Virus record (IMG/VR): IMGVR_UViG_3300033233_001970
Length of the DNA: 64,000 bases
Reading direction: 5' to 3' (one strand)
Source of the DNA: a virus
Lineage: Duplodnaviria; Caudoviricetes
The translations under genes and the position numbers were made by a program. Shown one piece after another: positions 26,825 through 36,259 of this stretch (positions within the stretch are counted from its first letter, which is position 1; the number at the start of each line of letters is the position of its first letter). Below the pieces are notes generated by a model. That model had not been told where the DNA came from and did no database searches. It worked only from the letters and a program-made list of their open reading frames with translations.

Positions 26825-28729
26825 GTGATGGAAGCAGAAGATGTGGAAGTGGAAGAGAACGTCGAAATCAGCGCTGGCCGTACCCGCGTCTACAAGTACG
26901 GTCTCCTTGCGCCTACCGTGAATACCAAGATCGTCGAAGCGCAGATGCGGCTCGCGCACAACTATCGCAATACGCTTGTCGAGATCGAGCGTGGGCGTCG
27001 CAATGCGCAGCGTTCTGTGCTTGCGAAATTCGATCTCTCCGGAAAGGAACAGGCGGTTCTGGCCACAAGAGCGGAGCTCGAAGCTGCCTTGCTCGCGGTG
27101 CGCGTTGCGCGTGCAGCCTCAAGATCACGTTCCGAGACCGAAGATATGCGTGATCGGGTCAAGGCGGCGAGAAAATCACACAAAGAATCGACGAAGGCTC
27201 TCGCGATCGAGCGCAAAGCGCTCCGCGCGGACACCCAAGTTCAGCTCGAGATCGACGTCATCAACGATCGTGCGGCTGAATTGCGCCGCAGCGCGCGTGC
27301 GTTTTCGGGCCTCGGAGAAATGGGGCCTCACTTCGGTGCGTGGGGCACCTATTTGCTGATCGAAGCCGCCGACATGGCAGCGCGAAAAGCTCCATTCTTC
27401 AAGGATTCGGAGCCCAACGACCCGAGATTCGTTCGATTCGAGGGCGAAGGTCAGGTGAGCGTACAGCTTCAAGGCGGCATGAGCGTCGAGGATCTTTTCA
27501 GCGGCTTCCATGCACGCGCACGTGTCGACGCCGTAAACGAAAATGCGTGGTTCGCGAAGAAGCGCGGAGACCGCAGGCGCGCCTCGCGCACGATGCTGTC
27601 GCTTCGGGTCGCCTCCGAAGGTCGCGATCCCGTGTGGGCGACGTGGCCGATGATCATGCACAGACCGATTCCAGAAGGCGCGAGTATTCAACGCATCACC
27701 GTGAGCCGTCGAAAGTACGGCCCGCGTGAAGAATGGTCGGTCGATTTCACACTGAAACTCTCCGACAAGACTCCGGCACGCACAAAATGCGGGCAATCGG
27801 GCGTGGTGACGATCGATCTCGGGTGGCGAACGATCGGCAACGAGATCCGTGTCGCTGCGTGGCGCGACGATCAAGGAAAACATGGTGAGCTACGCCTCGA
27901 CGCGCGTGCTGTTTCGGGATTGAAGAAGCCGGACGAGCTCCGATCGCTTCGTGACGAAAAGTTCAACTTTGCGCGGGCTGCTCTCATCGAAATATTGGGA
28001 AAGGTAACCATTCCCGATTGGCTTCGAGAGGAGATTTCACACATCGCGCAATGGCGCTCGCAGGCGCGACTCGCAGCGCTCGCTCGAAAGTGGAGCGATC
28101 GTCACTTCGAAGGTGACGACGAGGCGTACGCGATGATCGAAACATGGCGCTACCGCGACCACCATCTGTGGGAATACGAATCTGGACAGCGCATCGGTTC
28201 GTTGCGGCATCGGCGCGAGATCTATCGACGCTTCGCCGCCGAGCTCGGGCGGAAGTACAAGACACTTCTTCTCGAGGATTTCGACCTGCGCGGGGTCGCG
28301 ACACGGGCACCGACCGAAGAAGGAGCAGAAAATCTCGTTGCTCGTCGGAACCGGCAACTCGCCGCCGTCAGTGAGCTTCGCGGCTGCCTCTGCAATGTTT
28401 TCGGCGAAGACGCGTTGAAGGTTTCTCCTGAAAATTCGACGCACATTTGCAACGCATGCGGAGCGGTCGAGGAGTTCGACGCAGCTTTGAAGATCGATCA
28501 CACGTGTTCGGCGTGCGGAGCGACGTGGGATCAGGACGACAACGCGACGATCGTGCTTTTCGAGAGGTGGCGCGCCGCGAAAAAGGCGGAAGCCGCTCGC
28601 GCGGCTGAAAATCCGAAGGATGCTAATGTGGTACGCGAATCAAGATGGGTTCGGGCAAAGAGAATGAAGGAGGCAAAAATCGAAAGACAGAACGCTGCTC
28701 GCAACAAGGATCCGAAAGACGAGGAATGA
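26825..28729 (+). CDS. cas12m: type V-M CRISPR effector (Cas12m / former V-U1)
   Basis: 634 aa; VYKYGL...QMRLAHNYRNTLV, RFEGEGQVSVQLQ, MHRPIP, RuvC-I TIDLGWR, QWRSQARLA, RuvC-II LLLEDF, Zn ribbon CNAC/CSAC, RuvC-III WDQDDNA; array begins 19 bp after the stop. Confidence 0.88.
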   Translation: MMEAEDVEVEENVEISAGRTRVYKYGLLAPTVNTKIVEAQMRLAHNYRNTLVEIERGRRNAQRSVLAKFDLSGKEQAVLATRAELEAALLAVRVARAASRSRSETEDMRDRVKAARKSHKESTKALAIERKALRADTQVQLEIDVINDRAAELRRSARAFSGLGEMGPHFGAWGTYLLIEAADMAARKAPFFKDSEPNDPRFVRFEGEGQVSVQLQGGMSVEDLFSGFHARARVDAVNENAWFAKKRGDRRRASRTMLSLRVASEGRDPVWATWPMIMHRPIPEGASIQRITVSRRKYGPREEWSVDFTLKLSDKTPARTKCGQSGVVTIDLGWRTIGNEIRVAAWRDDQGKHGELRLDARAVSGLKKPDELRSLRDEKFNFARAALIEILGKVTIPDWLREEISHIAQWRSQARLAALARKWSDRHFEGDDEAYAMIETWRYRDHHLWEYESGQRIGSLRHRREIYRRFAAELGRKYKTLLLEDFDLRGVATRAPTEEGAENLVARRNRQLAAVSELRGCLCNVFGEDALKVSPENSTHICNACGAVEEFDAALKIDHTCSACGATWDQDDNATIVLFERWRAAKKAEAARAAENPKDANVVRESRWVRAKRMKEAKIERQNAARNKDPKDEE

Positions 28730-28748
28730 TTGGGGTTGTGGGAGACAA

Positions 28749-29827
28749 GTTGCAAAGGTTGCTCGACACCTGGGAGATCGAGACGTGCTACCGGTGAAGA
28801 CGATTTGGCGTCCGAAATCGTTGCAAAGGTTGCTCGACACCTGGGAGATCGAGACAGTTGGAGCGCGAGATCCGCGCCGTCGCATTGCGGAGTTGCAAAG
28901 GTTGCTCGACACCTGGGAGATCGAGACTACGTGAACACCGTGTGCTCGGAGCCACTCGGCGAGTTGCAAAGGTTGCTCGACACCTGGGAGATCGAGACAG
29001 CACCCAATTGATCGTCTGCGGCGTCGACGACGCGTTGCAAAGGTTGCTCGACACCTGGGAGATCGAGACAAATCCTCGGCGGCCCGCCTCGTCCTCCGCT
29101 ACCTCGTTGCAAAGGTTGCTCGACACCTGGGAGATCGAGACACGGCGAATGAGAAGACCGCCGCACGCGAGAGCGCGGTTGCAAAGGTTGCTCGACACCT
29201 GGGAGATCGAGACTCGGCGAAGCAACGTCAACGCGCCGCGATGCGCCGCGTTGCAAAGGTTGCTCGACACCTGGGAGATCGAGACGTGCTGACGGACGAC
29301 TTTCATTCGGCCGGACGAATCGTTGCAAAGGTTGCTCGACACCTGGGAGATCGAGACTCTCGCCGTTCGGATCGAGACGGTTGCTCGACACCTGGGAGAT
29401 CGAGACTGGTGCCAGAAGGGTTTACGGCGTCGCAAAGGTTGCTCGACACCTGGGAGATCGAGACATCCCGTTAGCGTGTGAAGCCTAAGGCGTCGCGCTG
29501 TTGCAAAGGTTGCTCGACACCTGGGAGATCGAGACGATGCCGATCAGTCGCGCGAGGACGCGACGTCGGCTGGTTGCAAAGGTTGCTCGACACCTGGGAG
29601 ATCGAGACTCTAGGTTGAGCTCAGCGATCTTCTCTTCGACTTCGGTTGCAAAGGTTGCTCGACACCTGGGAGATCGAGACAAGTACCCAACGAAGTACCA
29701 CCTCGCGCACGCCGGGCTGTTGCAAAGGTTGCTCGACACCTGGGAGATCGAGACAGGTAGGGGCGCAAAGGCCGCTGCCCGACGTCAAGGAGTTGCAAAG
29801 GTTGCTCGACACCTGGGAGATCGAGAC
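28749..29827 (+). CRISPR. CRISPR array, repeat GTTGCAAAGGTTGCTCGACACCTGGGAGATCGAGAC (36 bp), 16 repeats
   Basis: 14 perfect copies, one single-mismatch copy (29429) and one 5'-truncated copy (29379); most spacers 35-38 bp; AGGT/ACCT stem plus CTCGA/TCGAG pseudoknot as in Cas12m-type repeats. Confidence 0.98.
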
Positions 29828-29884
29828 CCGGCGCGCGGGTCGCACTACGGCGCCGCGTCGCATGTTGCAAAGGCCGCGTCGCAT

Positions 29885-30396
29885 GTTGCAAAGGTTGCTC
29901 GACACCTTCTAGTTCGAGACGCGCTCGCCGGTTGCTCGACACCAGAAGATCGAGACAGCTTGAATCCCTGCGGTTCTTGCAAAGGTTGCTCGGCACCATT
30001 GAAGATCGAGACTTCACGATTCCCGAAAAGGCAGCTCGACGCCTTGAGCTCGAGACTTCTTTGCGGCCATTTCTCAAAGGTAGCTCGATACCTAGAAATT
30101 CGAGACGAGTCCCGTCTCCAGCAAAGGCTGCTCGACGCCTTCGAAGTCGAGATAGGAGAGCTTCGGAGTTGTAGAATCGTGACAGCAAAGGTAGCTCGAC
30201 GCCTTCGAAGTCGAGGACTACTACGACAACGGACCAGCGGCGGCTCGATGCCGTGAAATTCGAGACTAAGCCACTTGTAAAGGTAGCTCGACACCTTGAA
30301 GCTCGAGACTACATGGGCAGAATCGTAACGGCAGCTCGATGCCTAAAGATCGAGAATCGCCCTCGCAACGGCAGCTCGACGCCTAAAGATCGAGAC
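29885..30396 (+). CRISPR. tail of 11 diverged repeats with short intervening spacers
   Basis: repeats ending at 29920, 29956, 30012, 30056, 30106, 30153, 30218, 30266, 30309, 30356 and 30396; all keep GG-x-x-GCTCG...CC...TCGAG. Confidence 0.85.
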
Positions 30397-30411
30397 GGAC
30401 ATTAAAGCACC

Positions 30412-31020
30412 ATGAAATTCTCCGACATCAAACTTCTCTCCGTGGGCGACACGATCGGCATGGTCGGCGCCGTCTATCTCGACGAGAAAGAAGAGCAGCT
30501 CATCGTCTTCTTTTTTCCTGGCGAGTACGACGGCGCGCCGAGGCTCGGTCTCACCATCAAGCCCGAAGCCGTCGATATGACGGTCGAGGATTGGACGGCA
30601 TTTCTTCGTCAAACCGACTTGCTCGAGACGGAGATTCTCGCCAAGGAATCGAAAGAGAGTGCGACGTTCTACAAAGCGATCGTGCGCAAGAGTCAACGAA
30701 GTATCGATCAGATCGTGTCGTGGCGCGTCTACAAAAGAGATCAATACCGTTGTAGATATTGCGGCAACGACAACATCCCGCTCACGGTCGACCATCTGGT
30801 TCTTTGGGAAAAGGGCGGCCCAAGCACGGAGGCGAACCTTCTGAGTTGCTGCAAAAAATGCAACAAGGTTCGCGGCAACATGCCGTACGCGGAATGGCTC
30901 ACGCACGCGCACTATGCTCGTGTTTCGGCCAAGCTCGACGACACAACGAAGCGCGCGAACGAAGCGCTCGTCGCTACGCTCGACAAGATCCCGCTCAATG
31001 TGCACATCAAGTCGAGGTAA
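30412..31020 (+). CDS. HNH endonuclease with unrecognised ~100-aa N-terminal domain
   Basis: VYKRDQYRCRYCG...LTVDHLV...GGPSTEANLLSCCKKCNKVRG. Confidence 0.88.
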   Translation: MKFSDIKLLSVGDTIGMVGAVYLDEKEEQLIVFFFPGEYDGAPRLGLTIKPEAVDMTVEDWTAFLRQTDLLETEILAKESKESATFYKAIVRKSQRSIDQIVSWRVYKRDQYRCRYCGNDNIPLTVDHLVLWEKGGPSTEANLLSCCKKCNKVRGNMPYAEWLTHAHYARVSAKLDDTTKRANEALVATLDKIPLNVHIKSR

Positions 31021-31024
31021 CGCC

Positions 31025-31588
31025 ATGAAGCGTCATCGCCATCACGATCACGTCGGCGTCATCGACGTCCGCGCAATATGCCACGACTGCGGCGTCAAAG
31101 AGGGTGAGCTGCACCAACGCGGCTGCGACATGGAGAGATGCGCCTTCTGTGGTCGACAAGAGATTTCATGCGGATGTCCACTCAAACACTTCTACCCGTT
31201 CTACATTCGGCTTGGAGATCCTGGAAATACAGAACCTCCGCACTGGGAACCCGCTGACCGAGCTCATGCTCGAAAGTGCAAAAAGAAAGTGTGCACGAGA
31301 TGCGAACGTCTCGTCAGGGAAGGCAAGACGAATCACCTTCCGATGTCGGTTTACATGCACGGTCTCCCGCAGAAGCAAGAAAGAGAATGGGAAGCCATTC
31401 TTAAGGAGAAGGGCCGCGTACCGTGGATTCAATATCCTAATCTTTGTCGACGTTGCGGCGTGACGTGGCCAAAGATGTTTCGCGTGTCTGACGAGGAATG
31501 GGAAAAGTACATCGAGCCCGCGATGCGCGGACACATGATCTGCGGCTCTTGCTGGGATTGGATCAAGAAAGTGACCGACGCAACGTGA
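31025..31588 (+). CDS. multi-Cys zinc-binding protein
   Basis: CHDCGV...HQRGCDMERCAFCG...SCGC; CRRC...CGSC. Confidence 0.65.
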   Translation: MKRHRHHDHVGVIDVRAICHDCGVKEGELHQRGCDMERCAFCGRQEISCGCPLKHFYPFYIRLGDPGNTEPPHWEPADRAHARKCKKKVCTRCERLVREGKTNHLPMSVYMHGLPQKQEREWEAILKEKGRVPWIQYPNLCRRCGVTWPKMFRVSDEEWEKYIEPAMRGHMICGSCWDWIKKVTDAT

Positions 31589-31601
31589 GAGGAGAACACC
31601 G

Positions 31602-32048
31602 ATGGGAACGTGGGGAGTAGGTCCATTCGATCACGACGGCGGCGCAACCATGGTTCTTCGAATGATGAAGCCCATCGAGCGCGCCGTGTCGATCAAGAGC
31701 AATAGAGCCGCCGGTCGCTACTACCAAGACGCACGCTCGTCGATTCAAGTGCTCTTGTTGTCGCACGGAACGGACATCTTGGGCGGACCTGCACTCCTTC
31801 ACGCGCTGAAAGCGATGCAGCGCATGGTCGCCGACAAAGAGTGGCTCAACGAATGGGAAGACCCGTTCGAGATTCAGAAACAGGTCGTTTTGGAATTGAA
31901 CAAGGTCAAGCGAACGATCGCGAAGTGCGAACAGTGCCAAACCGAGATGCGTACGCAGACGCTTGGAATTTTCAGGAGCTCGCGTCCCGCGAAACGTCGG
32001 CGTGCACGAAACAAGCGAACGAAGCGAACGAGAAAGACTCGAGCATGA
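31602..32048 (+). CDS. DUF4259-like protein
   Basis: N-terminal MGTWGVGPFDHD. Confidence 0.55.
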   Translation: MGTWGVGPFDHDGGATMVLRMMKPIERAVSIKSNRAAGRYYQDARSSIQVLLLSHGTDILGGPALLHALKAMQRMVADKEWLNEWEDPFEIQKQVVLELNKVKRTIAKCEQCQTEMRTQTLGIFRSSRPAKRRRARNKRTKRTRKTRA

Positions 32049-32311
32049 GCAACCTCGACGACATTCTTGAGCTTGCGAAGCAGGAGCTCGTTCGAGACTC
32101 AGGCACTCTTGACAGCGCGCGCTCGCTACGGCACATGCATATCTACCTCGTTCGCGGTCTCTGGCGCTGGTTCACGTCCACGCCTGAAGCCGACGACGAG
32201 TGGATGGCCCACACGCACATGAAAATGGCCGTTCTCATGCTGGAAACGGCTCGAGGACTTGCGGGGAAACCATGCTCGAATCAAAGCCCATCATCGGTAC
32301 CGAAATCCTGA
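32045..32311 (+). CDS. hypothetical protein
   Basis: ATG 32045 overlapping upstream stop. Confidence 0.5.
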   Translation: MSNLDDILELAKQELVRDSGTLDSARSLRHMHIYLVRGLWRWFTSTPEADDEWMAHTHMKMAVLMLETARGLAGKPCSNQSPSSVPKS

Positions 32312-32544
32312 CGTTCACCGAGGACGTCGGCGAAGGCGAAAAAATGTGGGTCGCGTGCTGGCGACGACGTGACGTCGTTGCGCAGGGCAAGACCGAGAAA
32401 GAAGCCTTCGAGCGGTTGCTTCACAGCATTGCGATGCAGTGCATTTTCGACGCGGAAGACGAGCGATCTCTCTGCGGCGAGCCGCCGCGCGCGGAACTCG
32501 TCGCCGCGTGGGAGAAAAGCCACGCAATGTGTCATCCCGGATAA
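32272..32544 (+). CDS. HicB-like N-terminal-domain protein (copy 1)
   Basis: WVACWRRRDVVAQGKTEKEAFERL resembles the HicB 'xQG-T-EEA' motif; paralog of 37851. Confidence 0.55.
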   Translation: MLESKPIIGTEILTFTEDVGEGEKMWVACWRRRDVVAQGKTEKEAFERLLHSIAMQCIFDAEDERSLCGEPPRAELVAAWEKSHAMCHPG

Positions 32545-32687
32545 GTCATGAAAAATCGCGTCACGCAAATCACCATTTCGATCAAGCCAGAGTACAGAGA
32601 CGTGCGTTGCGGGTGCATGGCCTGTCCGATCTGTACGGGACGAGAGCCTGTTGTTGTCGTGCTCGCGAAACGGAAGAAGAGGCGCGT

Positions 32688-32981
32688 ATGAGCTACCACG
32701 GTATGCTCGAGGACGCGGAAGGATACTTCTGCAACCGCTGCGGTCGCGGCACGTGCGACGAAACCACGTGCAGAGAAATCACGAGCATTGTTGATGTCGA
32801 GTGGGATGTGGCGCTCGCTACGCTCGAAAACAGCTTGGAGATTACTGAGGTTCAGGATTACGACAAGAAGCCGCTCTTCTCGTACAACTCTCGAACAAGA
32901 GAGCGCGCAATCAAGAAACTCAAGGAGTACCTGTCCGATTTTTGGTACGCCGAACGTCTGCGTCACGGGAGAGAACCATGA
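32688..32981 (+). CDS. hypothetical protein
   Basis: ATG 32688, coupled. Confidence 0.5.
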   Translation: MSYHGMLEDAEGYFCNRCGRGTCDETTCREITSIVDVEWDVALATLENSLEITEVQDYDKKPLFSYNSRTRERAIKKLKEYLSDFWYAERLRHGREP

Positions 32982-33304
32982 GTGAGCACTCGAAAGAAGA
33001 GCGTGAAGTAATTCTCCAGAAAATGGAGCAGGCGTCGTGCGTGTTCTACGGCATGGCGGCTTCGTGCGGCTTTCACCAGTTCATCGAGGTCACCGGCTTC
33101 ATGAACGAGATGATCAAGGTCTGTCGACGCATGCACGAGGAAGGCATCGATTTCTCGACGACTTCGCTCGCGCTTCACCATTACGAGGCCGCCTACATCG
33201 CGGAGAAGTTCGACTGCATCTTCGGCGATTCGCTCTCCGATCCGGAAACGCGCAAGGCTTTTCTGTCCGCGCTTGCGGCGAAAGGCGGTTGGGAAGAGAG
33301 ATGA
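32978..33304 (+). CDS. hypothetical phage protein
   Basis: HQFIEVTGFMNE...YIAEKFDCIFG. Confidence 0.65.
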   Translation: MSEHSKEEREVILQKMEQASCVFYGMAASCGFHQFIEVTGFMNEMIKVCRRMHEEGIDFSTTSLALHHYEAAYIAEKFDCIFGDSLSDPETRKAFLSALAAKGGWEER

Positions 33305-33474
33305 GACGAGAAGATTTCGAAGACAAAGCGGAAGCGCTCGGCGCAACTGCGGCGCTCTCCGGCAAGACACGCGGTTCCAATCCGTTTCAGGAAGGATCGA
33401 ATTTTCACTTTATGTGGGATATCGGTTGGCTGGAGCGCGAGCACAGTACGGCGCCGAATAGGTACAAATCATGA
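33301..33474 (+). CDS. Rmf (ribosome modulation factor)/CrpP-like small protein
   Basis: GATAALSG...NPF...WDIGW pattern (G-x-x-A-x-x-x-G...P-F/Y...W-x-x-GW). Confidence 0.5.
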   Translation: MRREDFEDKAEALGATAALSGKTRGSNPFQEGSNFHFMWDIGWLEREHSTAPNRYKS

Positions 33475-34569
33475 GCGAAGAACTTACCTACGAACGCAAG
33501 GAAGCTCTCGAGGCCGCCAGCTATTGGGCGACCACGGTGGGCGCTTTTCTTCAGAAGCTCGCACCGAACGTCATCTGCGTTTGGGAATTCTACAAAGCGC
33601 CGCCTGCGCTCCGAGAGTTGTCGCAGCATGGCGGCGACGAGGATTGGCTGGCGTGGGTGCCAAACGGAAACGACGACATGCAGCCTATGTGGACGGAAGC
33701 CAACGCGTTCGGTTGCGCTGGTGTTGACGACGCCACGCTCGGCGACGGAAGCCGCGTTTACATCGGGGCGCACGCGTGAGCACGAGAACCGTCGTCAATG
33801 GCGTAGGCTTCGGCGTTCACGGCCCAGAAGAAAACTATTTGCTTCTCATTTCGGATAACGGCGACGAAGAGTCCGTTCGGATGAGTGATCTTCTTCCAGA
33901 AGATGGTTGTGTGTCGTGGGCGCATATCGAAGCTCTGACAGACGGATTCAGCGAAAAGCATTGTAAAGATGTACTCGCCAGAGAAGATGCGCGAGAGCCG
34001 AGGCCACGTGCTTATCGTTTACGCATTGTCGCAGAGGTCGAAGCTTTGGACGACGAAGAAACTCTCCACCGAATCGAACTCGTCAAAGCGAAGAGAAAAT
34101 TGTGAGCAAGTCGACGAAAAAGACGTCACCCGTAGGCAGACGAAAAGAGCATCCCCCGTGCCGAGCTCAACACGGACGATCGTTCCCCGCCGACAAGATG
34201 CTTCCGCCTGAAGCCTTGCGAGCGACGACGTTCGCAGAGCCCGATCGGACGTACGGAAGCTACGTCGGTGTTCGGAAGGTCATCAAGAAACAAGAAGGCT
34301 CGAGCTCACAACAAGGACGAAGCTAGGAAATCATGAACGATCACATCTGGAAAATCCTGCAAGCCATCAAATCGCAAAAAGAGCACGAGCACTGTTTCCA
34401 CATTTTTCGCGGCCCCATCTGGATGGTCATTCCGGACGGGCACGTCATCGAGAAGTGTTGCATGTGCGACGCAACGAGAACGGTGCACGCCGAGCATCGC
34501 GCGGACGATCACGTTCGCGGCGTGCCGTGGGGACGCTCGCGTCGCAAATGCGAGCTCCGAGTTCGATGA
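33471..34569 (+). other. run of small coupled hypothetical genes (33471-33779, 33776-34105, 34102-34326, 34333-34569)
   Basis: consecutive ORFs with overlapping start/stop codons. Confidence 0.55.
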
Positions 34570-35723
34570 AAGACAAAGAAGACTTCTACCGAGACGAGAA
34601 CGAACAATCTCGTCACGAAAAGTTTTCTCCATCAGGCCGCTACAGGCTTCTTGTACGCAACTACGGAACGAAACCTGGTTGTTGGAGCTACAGCCGAGGG
34701 ACGGTCTACCGCGTCTCTGACGGTGCGGAAGTCGGTGACGTGAAACGAAACTACTGTTGGTACACTTTGGCGTGGATCGAAGACCATCCGAACGGACATT
34801 CGTACTTGATTTGTGGCGAAGATTATCAAGGACAGACCGTCATCGAGCTCGACACGGGCAGGCGGCGCGATCATTTGCCGAAAGAGGCGAAAGAAGGTAT
34901 CGCGTTCTGCTGGGTATCGGCAAGATTCGATAAAGACAGCAGGATTCTTGTCGTGAACGGCTGCATCTGGGCGGCTCCGTACGAATACCGCTTCTACGAC
35001 TTCGCTGATCCCATCGAAATGGGCTGGCCCGAGCTGAAGACCGACAAATTCTACGCGGACGCCGACAGGAAACGACCATCCATCGAAGCCAACGGTATCA
35101 TCCGCTGCTTCGAAACGAACGGTAACGAGCTCGAGGATGACGACGCTTGCCCATCGTGCGATGGTCCCGATTGGGACCTCGGCGAGCATCTCATCGACGG
35201 GGAAGTTCGTTTGGGGTGGGTCTGCGAGGTTTGTAAGCATCAGAAAGCTGCGGTTCTTGTTGAGCACGCCGTCACGACGCTCAAGCGTGAAGGCAATAAG
35301 CTTCTCGTCATCGACGAATGGGTCTCTGATGAGGAGAAAGAGCGTCGAATTCGACGCGAAGAGGGACGAAAGAGGCACGAAGCGGAGATCGCGGCATTCA
35401 AGCGCGAGGATTTGCTCTACCTGAAGTACATCGAGCTTCTGAAGGATCGAAAGTTGGCGCCCGAAAAACACGAAAGCTACGGTATCACGCACGAAAACTG
35501 GTGTCCCGACTTCAAGAAAGAGGAGCGTCGTTGGTGCAGACGCATCGTGCAAACGAAGAACATACGCAAAGGCACCACAGTCGATCTCGAGTGGGGAACG
35601 GTTTCGGGACCGATCAAGATCATCGTTTACCAAAACGGGGATCATTCCGAAGACAAGTTCTTCGATCACTCGATCGAAGGCATGATCGCGGCGTTCGAGT
35701 ACGCGAAAAAGGCCATTCGATGA
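34566..35723 (+). CDS. hypothetical protein (385 aa, beta-rich)
   Basis: ATG 34566 overlapping upstream stop; SPSGRYRL...YLICGEDYQGQTVIEL...GCIWAAPYEYRFYDF. Confidence 0.7.
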   Translation: MKDKEDFYRDENEQSRHEKFSPSGRYRLLVRNYGTKPGCWSYSRGTVYRVSDGAEVGDVKRNYCWYTLAWIEDHPNGHSYLICGEDYQGQTVIELDTGRRRDHLPKEAKEGIAFCWVSARFDKDSRILVVNGCIWAAPYEYRFYDFADPIEMGWPELKTDKFYADADRKRPSIEANGIIRCFETNGNELEDDDACPSCDGPDWDLGEHLIDGEVRLGWVCEVCKHQKAAVLVEHAVTTLKREGNKLLVIDEWVSDEEKERRIRREEGRKRHEAEIAAFKREDLLYLKYIELLKDRKLAPEKHESYGITHENWCPDFKKEERRWCRRIVQTKNIRKGTTVDLEWGTVSGPIKIIVYQNGDHSEDKFFDHSIEGMIAAFEYAKKAIR

Positions 35724-36259
35724 GCCGCGAAATCGTCTTCGTCGACTTCTCAACGAAGGTTTTTTATCCCGTCCCGTGGGAGAAAATCGTAATTCCATGT
35801 TCGATCGTCGAAATTACAGATATCTACACCGCTCCAAATGTTGACGGAGCCATCTGGCACTACCGTTACCCAGATGGCGAGTCACGTGTCATGGTGCCGA
35901 CAGAAGAAAAGGATGAAAATGGTTGGCCGAAAAGCAAAGAGGTCGATGTTTCGGCGCTCCAGACAATGCAGAGAGTCAATCAACTCCTCTATCTCGATGA
36001 ACCTGTTGGGCATGACGTACAGATCAATAATGACGCCTTTTTGACGCTTGCCGAAGCCCTCGCGTACGTGAAGCCGTCGCGTAAGAAAAGCCTTCAGGCG
36101 CGCCTGCGTCGGTTTCGTGGCTCTTCCATGCGATTCATCGCGATGACATGGGATCGATGGGGCGAAGGCGAGGTCGCGACATTCGAGCCGTATCCGCCTA
36201 AACGTGTATACGTACATAAGCCGCATCGAAGGTTTTCGAAATCGGACGGTAAACGATGA
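35720..36259 (+). CDS. hypothetical protein
   Basis: ATG 35720 overlapping upstream stop. Confidence 0.55.
   Translation: MSREIVFVDFSTKVFYPVPWEKIVIPCSIVEITDIYTAPNVDGAIWHYRYPDGESRVMVPTEEKDENGWPKSKEVDVSALQTMQRVNQLLYLDEPVGHDVQINNDAFLTLAEALAYVKPSRKKSLQARLRRFRGSSMRFIAMTWDRWGEGEVATFEPYPPKRVYVHKPHRRFSKSDGKR

Noticed and set aside
26825-28729. TnpB of an IS200/IS605 element
   Set aside because: Much longer than typical TnpB, carries Cas12m-specific motifs, abuts a CRISPR array, and has no tnpA or IS ends.
28640-30294. ORFs spanning the CRISPR array on both strands
   Set aside because: They are translations of repeats and spacers (LQRLLDTWEIET, VSISQVSSNLCN), not genes.
28785-30396. Self-targeting of CRISPR spacers within this window
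   Set aside because: By eye only 10-11-nt matches were found (e.g. TTCACGATTCC at 7591), which are expected by chance; a proper BLASTn is still needed.
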